Source: an uncultured Chloroflexia bacterium (GTDB lineage Bacteria > Chloroflexota > Limnocylindria > Limnocylindrales > CSP1-4). From it: a stretch of DNA of 64,000 bases. A model generated the notes under the pieces. It ran no database searches. It was not told the origin of the DNA and saw only the letters and a list, made by a program, of their open reading frames with translations. Of this stretch, positions 36,782 to 45,546 are shown in pieces. The DNA lies in assembly GCA_963707215.1 (NCBI GenBank), contig CAVPPB010000003.1:960001-1024000 (forward strand), given 5' to 3'. The position numbers were made by a program, and so were the translations under genes. How positions within the stretch are numbered: the stretch's first letter is position 1; every line of letters begins with the position of its first letter.

Positions 36782-38043
36782 CCGTCCCACCTCGTGAAGA
36801 CGAGGGCGGTGTTCTGGCCACCGAAGCCGAACGAGTTCGACAGGGCGACCCGGAGGTCGCGCCTGGCGGCCGTGCCGGGCGTGAGGTCGAGCCCGGCACC
36901 AGCTTCGTCGGGATCCTCCAGGTTGATCGTCGGGGGGATCGAGCCGGTCCGCAGGGCCTTGATCGTGGCCACGGCTTCGATCGCTCCGGCCGCCCCCAGG
37001 GTGTGCCCGAGCATCGACTTGTTGGCGGTCACGGCCACTCGCCGCGCGTGCTCCTCGCCGAAGATCGTCCGGATCGCCTGGAGCTCGGCCTTGTCGCCCT
37101 CGGGCGTCGAGGTCGCGTGGGCGTTGACGTGGTCGACCGCCTCGGGCGGCAGGCCGGCCTTCTCGAGCGCCCGGCGGGCGGCCCGGACGGCTCCCGTCCC
37201 GCCCGGCGCCGGGAGGGTGATGTGCGACGCGTCGGCCGTGGCCCCGTAGCCGACGATCTCGGCGAGGGGCGTCGCGTCGCGGTCCTCGGCATGCTCCAGC
37301 GCCTCCAGGACCAGCGTCCCGGCGCCCTCCCCGATGACGAAGCCATCGCGACCACGGTCGAAGGGCCGCGACGCCCCGGTCGGGTCGTCGTTGCGGGTCG
37401 ACAGGGCCTTCATCGAGCAGAAACCGCCCATCGCGGCCTCGTGCAGCGGCGCCTCGACGCCCCCGGCGAGCATGACGTCGGCATCGCCGCGGCGGATCGT
37501 CTCCCAGGCCTCGCCGATGGCGTGACCTCCGGTGGCGCAGGCCGAGCAGGTCGCGAAGTTCGGGCCGAGGGGCCCGAAGTGGATCGCGATCTGGCCAGCC
37601 CCGACATTGAGGATGCCCATCGGGATGAAGAACGGGCTGATCCGATCAGGGCCCCGCTCCGCCATCGTCAGGACGCCGTCGAACAGGGTGGAAGTGCCGC
37701 CGAGCCCCGACCCGACGATGACCCCGGTGCGCTCCGCCAGAACGCCCTCGAGCCGCCCGGGCAGGCCCGCCTGGTCCATCGCCTCGCGGGTCGCCACCAG
37801 GGTCAGCTGGATGTAGCGATCGGTCCGCCGCATGTCCTTCGGGCCGAGCACCCCGGATGCGTCCAGGTCGCGCACCTCGGCTGCCACACGCGAGGTCAGG
37901 CGCCTCGCGTCGAACGACGCGATCGGGGCCACCCCGGACCGCCCGGCGACGAGCCCGTCCCAGGTGGCCTCGACGCCCTGGCCGAGGGCGGAGACCACGC
38001 CGAGCCCGGTCACCACGACGCGGCGCGGAGCGCTCGAGTTCAT
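36778..38043 (-). CDS. fabF: 3-oxoacyl-ACP synthase II
   Basis: RRVVVTGLG, SACATG, SRPFD, GEGAG, NAHATST, KSMLGHTLGAAG, SNSFGFGGQN. Confidence 0.95.
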   Translation of the reverse strand: MNSSAPRRVVVTGLGVVSALGQGVEATWDGLVAGRSGVAPIASFDARRLTSRVAAEVRDLDASGVLGPKDMRRTDRYIQLTLVATREAMDQAGLPGRLEGVLAERTGVIVGSGLGGTSTLFDGVLTMAERGPDRISPFFIPMGILNVGAGQIAIHFGPLGPNFATCSACATGGHAIGEAWETIRRGDADVMLAGGVEAPLHEAAMGGFCSMKALSTRNDDPTGASRPFDRGRDGFVIGEGAGTLVLEALEHAEDRDATPLAEIVGYGATADASHITLPAPGGTGAVRAARRALEKAGLPPEAVDHVNAHATSTPEGDKAELQAIRTIFGEEHARRVAVTANKSMLGHTLGAAGAIEAVATIKALRTGSIPPTINLEDPDEAGAGLDLTPGTAARRDLRVALSNSFGFGGQNTALVFTRWDG

Positions 38044-38786
38044 CGGACCAGCTTCCCCGTCCTGACGGTGGCGGCCCGGTAGACGTCGCCCGCGAGACCG
38101 CGCTCGGAGATGGCGTTGGCCACCGAGAGGGCATCGAAGTCGGTCCGCCGGATCTCGGCCGTGACCTCCTCGCCATCGAGGGTGACGAGGGCCCACGAGG
38201 CTGTCGGATCGCCGTCGAAGACGAAGCCGCAGGAGCCGTCGTTGACGATCTGCTTCCAGCCGAAGTCGCGGACTTCCGGCAGGTGGGTGTGGCCGCAGCA
38301 GATGATCCGAGCATCCGTCCGGGTGATCCGCTCCAGCACCACGGTGGCGTCCAGGTCGGTGTCGAAGCCGGCCGTCTGCGATCCCGGCGACGCATGGCAG
38401 GCGAGCAGCAGGGTGTCCCCGATGCGCAGCCGGCGTTCGGCCGGCAGGCGTCGGAGCCAGGCCAGCCGCTCGTCGTCGAGCGCGTCGTGCGCCCACTCGG
38501 CGGCGGCGACGAACGACGCGGGCGGGCCCTCGGGGAACCACGGGAAGGCCGCCCCGTAGTCGGCGTCGGCCACGGCGATGTCGGTGTTGCCCTGGATGAC
38601 GAGCGCCCCGTCGGCCTCGAGCTCGCGGACGGCGTCGACAGCGCCGACCGGATCCGGCCCGTTCATGACCAGGTCGCCGGCCACGAGGATCGCGTCCGGC
38701 TTCTCCTTCTTGATCGCCTTGCGGACGGCCTCCAGGGCAACGGCGTTACCGTGGATGTCCGAGAGGACGGCGACTCGGGCACTCAC
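38040..38786 (-). CDS. Calcineurin-like metallophosphoesterase (YfcE-like)
   Basis: SDIHGN, GDLV, QGNTD, CHASP, CGHTH; overlaps both fabZ and fabF. Confidence 0.9.
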   Translation of the reverse strand: MSARVAVLSDIHGNAVALEAVRKAIKKEKPDAILVAGDLVMNGPDPVGAVDAVRELEADGALVIQGNTDIAVADADYGAAFPWFPEGPPASFVAAAEWAHDALDDERLAWLRRLPAERRLRIGDTLLLACHASPGSQTAGFDTDLDATVVLERITRTDARIICCGHTHLPEVRDFGWKQIVNDGSCGFVFDGDPTASWALVTLDGEEVTAEIRRTDFDALSVANAISERGLAGDVYRAATVRTGKLVR

Positions 38787-39253
38787 CGGAGGACGCCTTC
38801 GCCCGGGATGATGAAGCTCAGGGTGGCCTCGCAGGCGACCTCGCCGTCGACGCTGGCGACACCGCGGCCACGGCCGAAGCGGCTGCCGAGCTTCTCCATG
38901 GTCACCTCCAAGCGGAGCGTGTCGCCCGGCTGGACGACCCGCTTGAAGCGGGTCTCGTCGATGCCGGCGAAGAGACCGATGCGATCACCGAAGCCCGGCT
39001 GCTTCGCGACGTAGACGGCCATCGTCTGGGCCAGCGCCTCCACCTGGAGCACGCCCGGCATGACCGGCAGGCCAGGGAAGTGACCCTGGAAGAACCACTC
39101 GGTGGCGGTCACCCCCTTGAGGCCGACGATCCGCTTCGCCTCCGGGTCGTACTCGGTGATCCGATCGACGAGCAGGAACGGCCAGCGGTGGGGGATGAGG
39201 GCCTCGATCTCGCGGGTGCTGTGGACGAGGCCGTCGGGAGCGGGATCGGTCAC
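38783..39253 (-). CDS. fabZ: 3-hydroxyacyl-ACP dehydratase
   Basis: IPHRWPFLLVDR, FFQGHFPGLPVMPGVLQVEALAQ, VQPGD. Start is GTG 39253 or ATG 39280. Confidence 0.95.
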   Translation of the reverse strand: MTDPAPDGLVHSTREIEALIPHRWPFLLVDRITEYDPEAKRIVGLKGVTATEWFFQGHFPGLPVMPGVLQVEALAQTMAVYVAKQPGFGDRIGLFAGIDETRFKRVVQPGDTLRLEVTMEKLGSRFGRGRGVASVDGEVACEATLSFIIPGEGVLR

Positions 39254-39311
39254 GGGTGCCTCCGGATGGCTGAGCGGCATGGGTCCGGCCGAACGGCCGG
39301 GAGGCGACACG

Positions 39312-40682
39312 TCATCCGCGCGTCGCGGCGGCGAGGAAGGCCCCGCTGCCGACCCGGTCGATGAGGTTGGTGGTGAAGCGGCCCTCAAGGAACACGTCGT
39401 GCCGGAGGAGGGCCCGGTGGAAGCCGACGTTCGTCTCGGGGCCGTCGAGGATGAGCTCGTCCAGGGCGGTCCGGCTGCGCTCGATCGCGGTCTGGCGGTC
39501 CGGGCCCCAGACGATCAGCTTGCCGAGGAGCGAGTCGTAGAACGGCGGGACCTCGTAGCCGGCGTAGAGGTGCGAGTCCATCCGGACGAACGGACCGGAC
39601 GGCGGCAGGTAGCGCTCGATCGTCCCGGCGCTGGGCCGGAAGTCGTGGGCCGGGTCCTCCGCGTTGATCCGGAGCTCGATGGCGTGGCCGGTCGGCCGGA
39701 TGTCGGCCTGGGTCAGCCCCAGCCGCTCCCCGGCGGCGATCCGGAGTTGCAGCGTGACGAGATCGATGCCGGTCCGGATCTCGGTGATCGGGTGCTCGAC
39801 CTGGATCCGGCAGTTGATCTCGATGAAGTACCAGCTCCCCTGGGCGTCCACAAGGAACTCCAGCGTGCCGACGTTTTCGTAGCCGGCGGCGACGACCGCC
39901 TGTACGGCCCGGCTGCAGAGCTCGTCGCGGACGGCCGGCGACAGCGACGGTGTGGGCGACTCCTCGAGGATCTTCTGGTGCCGCCGCTGGACCGAGCAGT
40001 CCCGCTCGCCGAGGTGGATGCCGTCGCCGAAGTTGTCGACGGCGACCTGGACCTCGACATGGCGGTTCTCGTCAAGCCACTTCTCCAGGTAGAGCGAGTC
40101 GTCGCCGAAGGCGGCCTTCGCCTCCGACCGGCAGACCTTCATGGCCGTCTCGAGCTCGCGGGGCGTGCGGACCATCCGCATCCCCTTGCCCCCGCCGCCG
40201 GCAGAAGGCTTGATCAGGACCGGGTAGCCGATCCGCTCGGCCTCCCCGAGGGCGTGCAGCTCGTCGCGGAGCATCCCGTCGGAGCCGGGGATCGTCGGCA
40301 GGCCGTGGGCGGCCAGGAGGCGGCGCGTCCCCTCCTTGGAGCCGAAGCGCTCGAGGACCTCCGGCGAGGGTCCCACGAACGTCAGGCCGTGGGCCCGGAC
40401 CGCCTCGGCGAACCCCTCGTCCTCCGACAGGAAGCCGTAGCCAGGATGGACCGCCTCGCAGCCGGTCACCAGGGCGGCCGAGATGATCGACGGCGCCGAG
40501 AGGTACGACCGCTTGGCGTCGGCCGGCCCGATGCAGATGGCCTCGTCGGCCAGGCGCACCGGGAGCGAGTCCCGGTCGGCCTCCGAGTACGCGACGACCG
40601 CCTCGATCCCGAGGGTCCGGCAGGCCCGCAGGATCCGCAGGGCGATCTCGCCGCGGTTGGCGATCAGGACCCGCCGGAACAT
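39312..40682 (-). CDS. accC: Biotin carboxylase
   Basis: LIANRGEIA, HPGYGFLSE, GGGGKGM, RDCSVQRRHQK, EINCRIQVEH, RINAED, YDSLLGK. Confidence 0.96.
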   Translation of the reverse strand: MFRRVLIANRGEIALRILRACRTLGIEAVVAYSEADRDSLPVRLADEAICIGPADAKRSYLSAPSIISAALVTGCEAVHPGYGFLSEDEGFAEAVRAHGLTFVGPSPEVLERFGSKEGTRRLLAAHGLPTIPGSDGMLRDELHALGEAERIGYPVLIKPSAGGGGKGMRMVRTPRELETAMKVCRSEAKAAFGDDSLYLEKWLDENRHVEVQVAVDNFGDGIHLGERDCSVQRRHQKILEESPTPSLSPAVRDELCSRAVQAVVAAGYENVGTLEFLVDAQGSWYFIEINCRIQVEHPITEIRTGIDLVTLQLRIAAGERLGLTQADIRPTGHAIELRINAEDPAHDFRPSAGTIERYLPPSGPFVRMDSHLYAGYEVPPFYDSLLGKLIVWGPDRQTAIERSRTALDELILDGPETNVGFHRALLRHDVFLEGRFTTNLIDRVGSGAFLAAATRG

Positions 40683-41377
40683 CAGGCCCCCACCGGCGTC
40701 GTGGGTCCAGCGCCGGCCCTGCCGTGGTCGGGCCCGCCGGGGCCGACCGCCACTGGGGCCGCGGGTGCTCCCGCGTGCTCGGCGCTGTCCACCCCGTCGC
40801 GCACCGCGCGGAAGGCCAGCAGGGGCTGGCCGTACTCGACGACGTCACCGTCCTCCGCGAAGGCCGTCTCCAGGACGCCGTCACCGGGTGCCACGACCTC
40901 CTGGCCGACGCCGAGGACGTCGACCCGGCCGAGGACGTCGCCTGACCGGACCCGGGCGCCCACCCGTCGGTGCTCCTCGTCGAGGTGGAGGACCCCGACT
41001 CCCGGCGACCGGCTGACGAGGGGGGCGTGGGCGAGGGCCTCGGCCAGCGGATCAGGGACCGCCGGCCCGATCGACGTCAACCGCGGGAGGTCGTCCGTCG
41101 CATGACCCTCATGGGCGACGTGCCCGGCACCCCGGCCCAGGCGACCGACCTCGCCGCGGTGGGCGCCGCGCCCGTGGTCGCTGTGCGGCTGGGCGTCGAT
41201 CCGCCGGCGCAGGCGCAGTCGCCAGGCGCCCTCGCGGACCTCGAGCTCGCCGAGGCCGGTCGCCGCGAGCCGCTCGGCGAGAGCCGGCAGCAGGTCGTCG
41301 GCGAGGCCCTCGATCGCGTCGTGGTCGGCACGGCGGGTCTCCGGGGAGCGGTCGTCGAGGGGGTGGCGGTCGGTCAT
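40682..41377 (-). CDS. AccB/BCCP paralog lacking the biotinylated lysine (BADC-like)
   Basis: BCCP-like N-terminal GLGELEVREG, SPGVG, and C-terminal EDGDVVEYGQPLL; VDVLGV replaces IEAMKL; no Lys anywhere in the ORF. Confidence 0.85.
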   Translation of the reverse strand: MTDRHPLDDRSPETRRADHDAIEGLADDLLPALAERLAATGLGELEVREGAWRLRLRRRIDAQPHSDHGRGAHRGEVGRLGRGAGHVAHEGHATDDLPRLTSIGPAVPDPLAEALAHAPLVSRSPGVGVLHLDEEHRRVGARVRSGDVLGRVDVLGVGQEVVAPGDGVLETAFAEDGDVVEYGQPLLAFRAVRDGVDSAEHAGAPAAPVAVGPGGPDHGRAGAGPTTPVGA

Positions 41378-42390
41378 CGGTCGGCCTTCGTGGTGGTCTC
41401 GGGGTCCTCACGGCGAGGGGGTCGCGGTGGCCCCATCTCGCCAAGGGTGCGACGGCCCGCGTCGATGAGGCCCTGGAGCCTGCCGGCGAGCCCGGGGCGC
41501 TCCACGACCTCGGGCGCGGCACCCGGGATCTCCTCGTATGGTCCCATGGCGCGGTAGCGAGCGTAGCGCCGCTCCAGCAGCTCGTCGATCGGGATCGCCT
41601 CGAGGGCATCGAGACGTTCGAGGAGGATGGGGCGGAGTCGCCGGGCGGTCTCGGCGGGATCGGCGTGGGCGCCCTCGTCCGGCTCCGGCACGACGTCGTC
41701 GAGGATCCCCAGCTCGAACTGGTCGAGCGCGGACATCCGCATCGCGAGCGCGGCGGTCGCCGCCTTGTCGCTGGTGCGCCAGAGGATGGACGCGCAGCCC
41801 TCCGGGCTGATGACCGAGTAGACGGCGTTCTCCAGGCCGATGACGACGTCCCCGACGGCGATCGCCAGAGCTCCGCCGGAGCCGCCCTCGCCGGTGATGA
41901 CGACGACGATCGGCGTCCGAAGTCGGGTCATCAGCCCGATCGAACGGGCGATCGCCTCGGCGACCCCACGCTCCTCCGCCGCCGGACCCGGGAAGGCGCC
42001 GGGGGTGTCGACGATCGAGATGACCGGCAGCCGGAAGCGCTCAGCCAGCTCCATCGCCCGCATCGCCTTGCGATAGCCCTCGGGGTGGGGCATGCCGAAG
42101 TTACGCCGGATGTTCTCCTCGGTCTCGGCCCCCTTCTGGTGGCCGATGACCACGACCCGTCGGCCGTCGATGCGGGCAAGGCCAGCGACGATCGCGGCGT
42201 CGTCGCCGTAGAGCCGGTCGCCGTGGAGCTCGACGAACTCATCGGCGAAGGTATCGACGAGCTCCAGCGTCCGGGGGCGCCGGAGGTTCCGAGCGAGCTG
42301 GACCCGGGCCCAGACCGACGCCTCGGCGTCTGCAGGCACGTCGGGTGGGGGCGGGCTCGGGCGATCGCGGCCGAGCAGCCGGTCAACCAC
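41374..42390 (-). CDS. accA: Acetyl-CoA carboxylase carboxyltransferase alpha
   Basis: ELHGDR, IGHQKG, NFGMPHPEGYRKA, AEERG, GEGGSGGAL, YSVISPEGCASILW. Confidence 0.96.
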   Translation of the reverse strand: MVDRLLGRDRPSPPPPDVPADAEASVWARVQLARNLRRPRTLELVDTFADEFVELHGDRLYGDDAAIVAGLARIDGRRVVVIGHQKGAETEENIRRNFGMPHPEGYRKAMRAMELAERFRLPVISIVDTPGAFPGPAAEERGVAEAIARSIGLMTRLRTPIVVVITGEGGSGGALAIAVGDVVIGLENAVYSVISPEGCASILWRTSDKAATAALAMRMSALDQFELGILDDVVPEPDEGAHADPAETARRLRPILLERLDALEAIPIDELLERRYARYRAMGPYEEIPGAAPEVVERPGLAGRLQGLIDAGRRTLGEMGPPRPPRREDPETTTKADR

Positions 42391-43525
42391 GGTCGGCCTC
42401 CCCCTCCCCGGTCGCGCCGGACTCGGAGGTCGGAGCGGAACCGGCGGTCACGGTGGATCCAGGGAGGGCGACGGGTCCCGGCCCTGGACCGGATCCGTCG
42501 TCCAGGGTGCCGGGCGAGATCGCCGCTCCGGGCGGATCGCCGGACGGCGCCCCACTGGGCGGGACCGTCGGCGGCGAAGATCGGGCCGCCACTGGCTCCT
42601 CGGGCAGGACCCGATCGACGAGGCCGCCCAGTCTCGAGAACGGTCGGAAGACCCGCTCGGCGGCCCCGATGGCATCGCGCTCGGCGACCCGCGGATCGGG
42701 CGGGACCAGGAAGCGAAGCAGCGTCCCCAGCTCGCCGCGCATCTCGTTGCGGGCGACGACCCGGTCCACGAAGCCGTGCTGGAACAGGAACTCCGCCCGC
42801 TGGAAGCCCGCCGGCAGCTCCGTCGCGATGGTCCCGGCGGCGACCCGGGCGCCGGCGAACCCGATCAGGGCGTTCGGCTCGGCCAGGTTGACGTCGCCGA
42901 GGGCTGCGTACGAGGCGAACACCCCGCCGGTCGTCGGGTCGGTCATGACGGACAGGTAGGGCACGGCCGCGGCCCGCAGCCGCTCGAGGGCGGCGACGGT
43001 CTTGGCAAGCTGCATTAGGGCGAACGTCCCCTCCTGCATCCGGGCGCCGCCGGAGGCAGAGACGACGATCAGCGGGGTCCGCTCGGCCAGGGCCGCCTCG
43101 GCCGCCCTGGTGACCTTCTCGCCCACGACCGCGCCCATGGAACCGCCCATGAAGCCGAAGTCCATGACGCAGATCGCTACGCGCTGGCCGTCGATGCGCC
43201 CGAAGCCCCAGACCGCGGCGTCGCGAAGGCCGGTGGCGACCTGGGCCGCGGCAAGCCTGTCCGGGTATGGCTTCTGGTCCACGAAGCCGAGTGGATCCAC
43301 CGACACTAGCCCGGCGTCGCGCTCATCCCAGCTGCCTGGGTCGAGCACGAGGTCGAGTCGGGCAGCCGCGCTCAGGCGGAAGTGATGGCCACAGTTCGGG
43401 CAGACCCGACCCTGCTTCTCGAGCTGCTTGTTGAAGAGCAGCTCCTCGCAGGAAGGGCACTTGGTCCACAGGTCGGCCGGGTACGACTCCTTGCGCGATC
43501 GGAAGGACGGCAGGCGGATCGGCAT
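42383..43525 (-). CDS. accD: Acetyl-CoA carboxylase carboxyltransferase beta, with Pro/Gly-rich C-terminal extension
   Basis: Zn finger WTKCPSC...CPNC, FMGGSMG, SGGARMQEG, DPTTGGV, GFAG. Confidence 0.96.
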   Translation of the reverse strand: MPIRLPSFRSRKESYPADLWTKCPSCEELLFNKQLEKQGRVCPNCGHHFRLSAAARLDLVLDPGSWDERDAGLVSVDPLGFVDQKPYPDRLAAAQVATGLRDAAVWGFGRIDGQRVAICVMDFGFMGGSMGAVVGEKVTRAAEAALAERTPLIVVSASGGARMQEGTFALMQLAKTVAALERLRAAAVPYLSVMTDPTTGGVFASYAALGDVNLAEPNALIGFAGARVAAGTIATELPAGFQRAEFLFQHGFVDRVVARNEMRGELGTLLRFLVPPDPRVAERDAIGAAERVFRPFSRLGGLVDRVLPEEPVAARSSPPTVPPSGAPSGDPPGAAISPGTLDDGSGPGPGPVALPGSTVTAGSAPTSESGATGEGEADRG

Positions 43526-44019
43526 CAGGGAAGCCCCCCGGGGCCGCCGGGCCGGAGGGTGCCGGCGAGGCGAGCGGCCGCAGCCAGCGGGTCGCCGGCA
43601 GGCCGGCTCAGGCGCCAGGCGACGAAGGCCGCCCCGGCGATCGAGAGCGCGGCTGACGCCACGGCGCCCCCGACCAGCAGTGGTCGCGACACACCGGGCT
43701 CGCGGTGTGCCTCGACGTCGAGGGACGGGTCGGCGGGATCGAGGCCAGGGTCGATCGGGAACGGCAGCGGGATCGTCAGGCCCTCGGCGCCGGAGGCGGA
43801 GCGGACTCGCATCGACGCCGCGACCTCGGCCAGGCGGCGGGCAAGGCGGTCCTCGAAGCGGAAGGACGGGTGGACCCGGACGAGCTCACTGCCCAGTCGT
43901 CCGGCCGCGGCCGCGACGACCGGATCCGGGGCGACGGCCGCCGATCCGGCCAGGAGCGACTCCAGGTAGCGGTCGGTCTGGATCGCCTCCATGTCGAGGC
44001 GGTCGCGCGCGTCGGTCAT
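43525..44019 (-). CDS. Single-TM protein, probable anti-sigma factor
   Basis: ATGA overlap with the ECF sigma gene and TGATG overlap with accD; HPSFRFEDRLARRL; C-terminal TM helix. Confidence 0.6.
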   Translation of the reverse strand: MTDARDRLDMEAIQTDRYLESLLAGSAAVAPDPVVAAAAGRLGSELVRVHPSFRFEDRLARRLAEVAASMRVRSASGAEGLTIPLPFPIDPGLDPADPSLDVEAHREPGVSRPLLVGGAVASAALSIAGAAFVAWRLSRPAGDPLAAAARLAGTLRPGGPGGLP

Positions 44020-44642
44020 CGGCCGTCGATCCCGAGATCCCGGGCGACGCTGCGGAGGGCCCGGTGGATGAGGACCCGGACGGCTCCCTCGGAGCGGCCG
44101 AGGACCCCGGCGATCTCCGCCGTCGACATCTCCTCGACGAACCGGAGCGTCAGCGCCCGCCGGCGGTCGGCGGGCAGCCGATGGACGGCCGCCCAGGCCT
44201 CGCTCGCCTCGGCGCGCCGCTCCACGCGGGCGGCCGGGTCACCGTTCGCGGCGATGGTTGCGGCAGCCTCCAACGGAGCCTGGGGGCGACGGCGGGCCTC
44301 GCGTCGCCGGTTGGAGATGACGTTCCGGGCGATCCGGAACAGCCAGACTCGGAAGGTGCTGGCGCCGTCTCCCTCCTCGGGCCGGGCGCGCTCGTCAAAG
44401 CGCGGCAGGGCCACCAGCGCCTGGAGGAACGTCCGCTCGGTGGCGTCCTCGGCGTCGTGATGGTCGCGGAGCTCGTAGAAGGCGAAGCTGTACACCTGGG
44501 CGACGTACTTCCGGTACAGGGCGTCGAATCGTTCGGGGTCCCTCCGGGCCGCCTCCACGAGCGGACGGTCCGCGTCGAGGTGGACGACCCGGCCGCCGCG
44601 CGACTGGCGGGCCCCTACCCTTCCCAACACCGGTCGGGGCAT
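44016..44642 (-). CDS. ECF sigma-70 factor
   Basis: FDALYRKY, DAEDATERTFLQA, FRVWLFRIARN, region 4 EIAGVLGRSEGAVRVLIHRAL. Confidence 0.93.
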   Translation of the reverse strand: MPRPVLGRVGARQSRGGRVVHLDADRPLVEAARRDPERFDALYRKYVAQVYSFAFYELRDHHDAEDATERTFLQALVALPRFDERARPEEGDGASTFRVWLFRIARNVISNRRREARRRPQAPLEAAATIAANGDPAARVERRAEASEAWAAVHRLPADRRRALTLRFVEEMSTAEIAGVLGRSEGAVRVLIHRALRSVARDLGIDGR

Positions 44643-44646
44643 CTCG

Positions 44647-45546
44647 TTACACCCCCGGACCGGCGGCGGCCGGCGGCGTCGCGCCGACGACCCTGACCCG
44701 GTCGACGTCAGCCGCGAGGACGATCCGCTCGCCGCCGGGCGCCGAGTCGTCGGCGATCACGAGGCCGCCCGACCCCGGGTCCACGCCGAGGGCACGGGCG
44801 TCCTCGGTGTGCGCCTCGCCGGTCCCGCTCAGGCGCACCATCCGCCCGGTGGTCGCCTGGCGGCCGATCCAGTCGTCCATCGCGAAACGACCCAAGCGCA
44901 GCGCCTCGACCCGCGGCTCGAGACGGGCGAGGAAGCCGTCCAGCAGCAGGGTCGGATCCACCGGGCGACCACCGGAGGCGACGCGAAGGCTCGTCATGCT
45001 GGGCGCCAGCTCGGGCGGGAAGGCGTCCTCCGGCCAGTCGGCGTTCAACCCGATCCCGACGACGGCCCGCGGGTCCTGCGTCCCGAGGCCGTCGGTCTCC
45101 CCAAGGACCCCGCCGAGCTTGCGCAGCTCGATCGGCCCGGCCAGGAGGGCGCGTGCGGCCTGCGGGTCCATCTCGGCGACCAGCGGAGCGCCGGGCCCGG
45201 AAGTCTCGACGACGAGGTCGTTCGGCCACTTGAGCCGGATCGCGCCGTCGGGCAGACCGGCGGCGTCCTCGGACGCGTCGGCCATCGCGAGCGCGACGAC
45301 GGCCGCCAGCCTCCAGGCCCGGGCCGGCTCCAGGTACTTCGGCCGGAAGCCGACCGACAGCAGGAGCCCGGCCCCGACCGGCGCCGTCCAGCGGCGGCCG
45401 GCCCGGCCACGCCCGGCCGTCTGCTCGTCGGCGACAGCCAGGCAGACCTCGTCGGTGCCGTCGGCAAGCCAGGCCCGGACGACGTCGTTCGTGGAGCCGA
45501 CGGCGTCGAAGCGCTGGCTGCGGGCCAGGAACGGCCGGCCGCTCAG
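44647..45546 (-). CDS. birA: Biotin--[acetyl-CoA carboxylase] ligase (no HTH), probable CTG start
   Basis: In frame upstream of the tracked ORF: VGSTND, ADEQTAGRGRAGRRW; then LKWPND, KLGGVL, GIGLN. CTG at 45546 overlaps the lysC TGA and has GGAGG upstream. Confidence 0.88.
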   Translation of the reverse strand: MSGRPFLARSQRFDAVGSTNDVVRAWLADGTDEVCLAVADEQTAGRGRAGRRWTAPVGAGLLLSVGFRPKYLEPARAWRLAAVVALAMADASEDAAGLPDGAIRLKWPNDLVVETSGPGAPLVAEMDPQAARALLAGPIELRKLGGVLGETDGLGTQDPRAVVGIGLNADWPEDAFPPELAPSMTSLRVASGGRPVDPTLLLDGFLARLEPRVEALRLGRFAMDDWIGRQATTGRMVRLSGTGEAHTEDARALGVDPGSGGLVIADDSAPGGERIVLAADVDRVRVVGATPPAAAGPGV

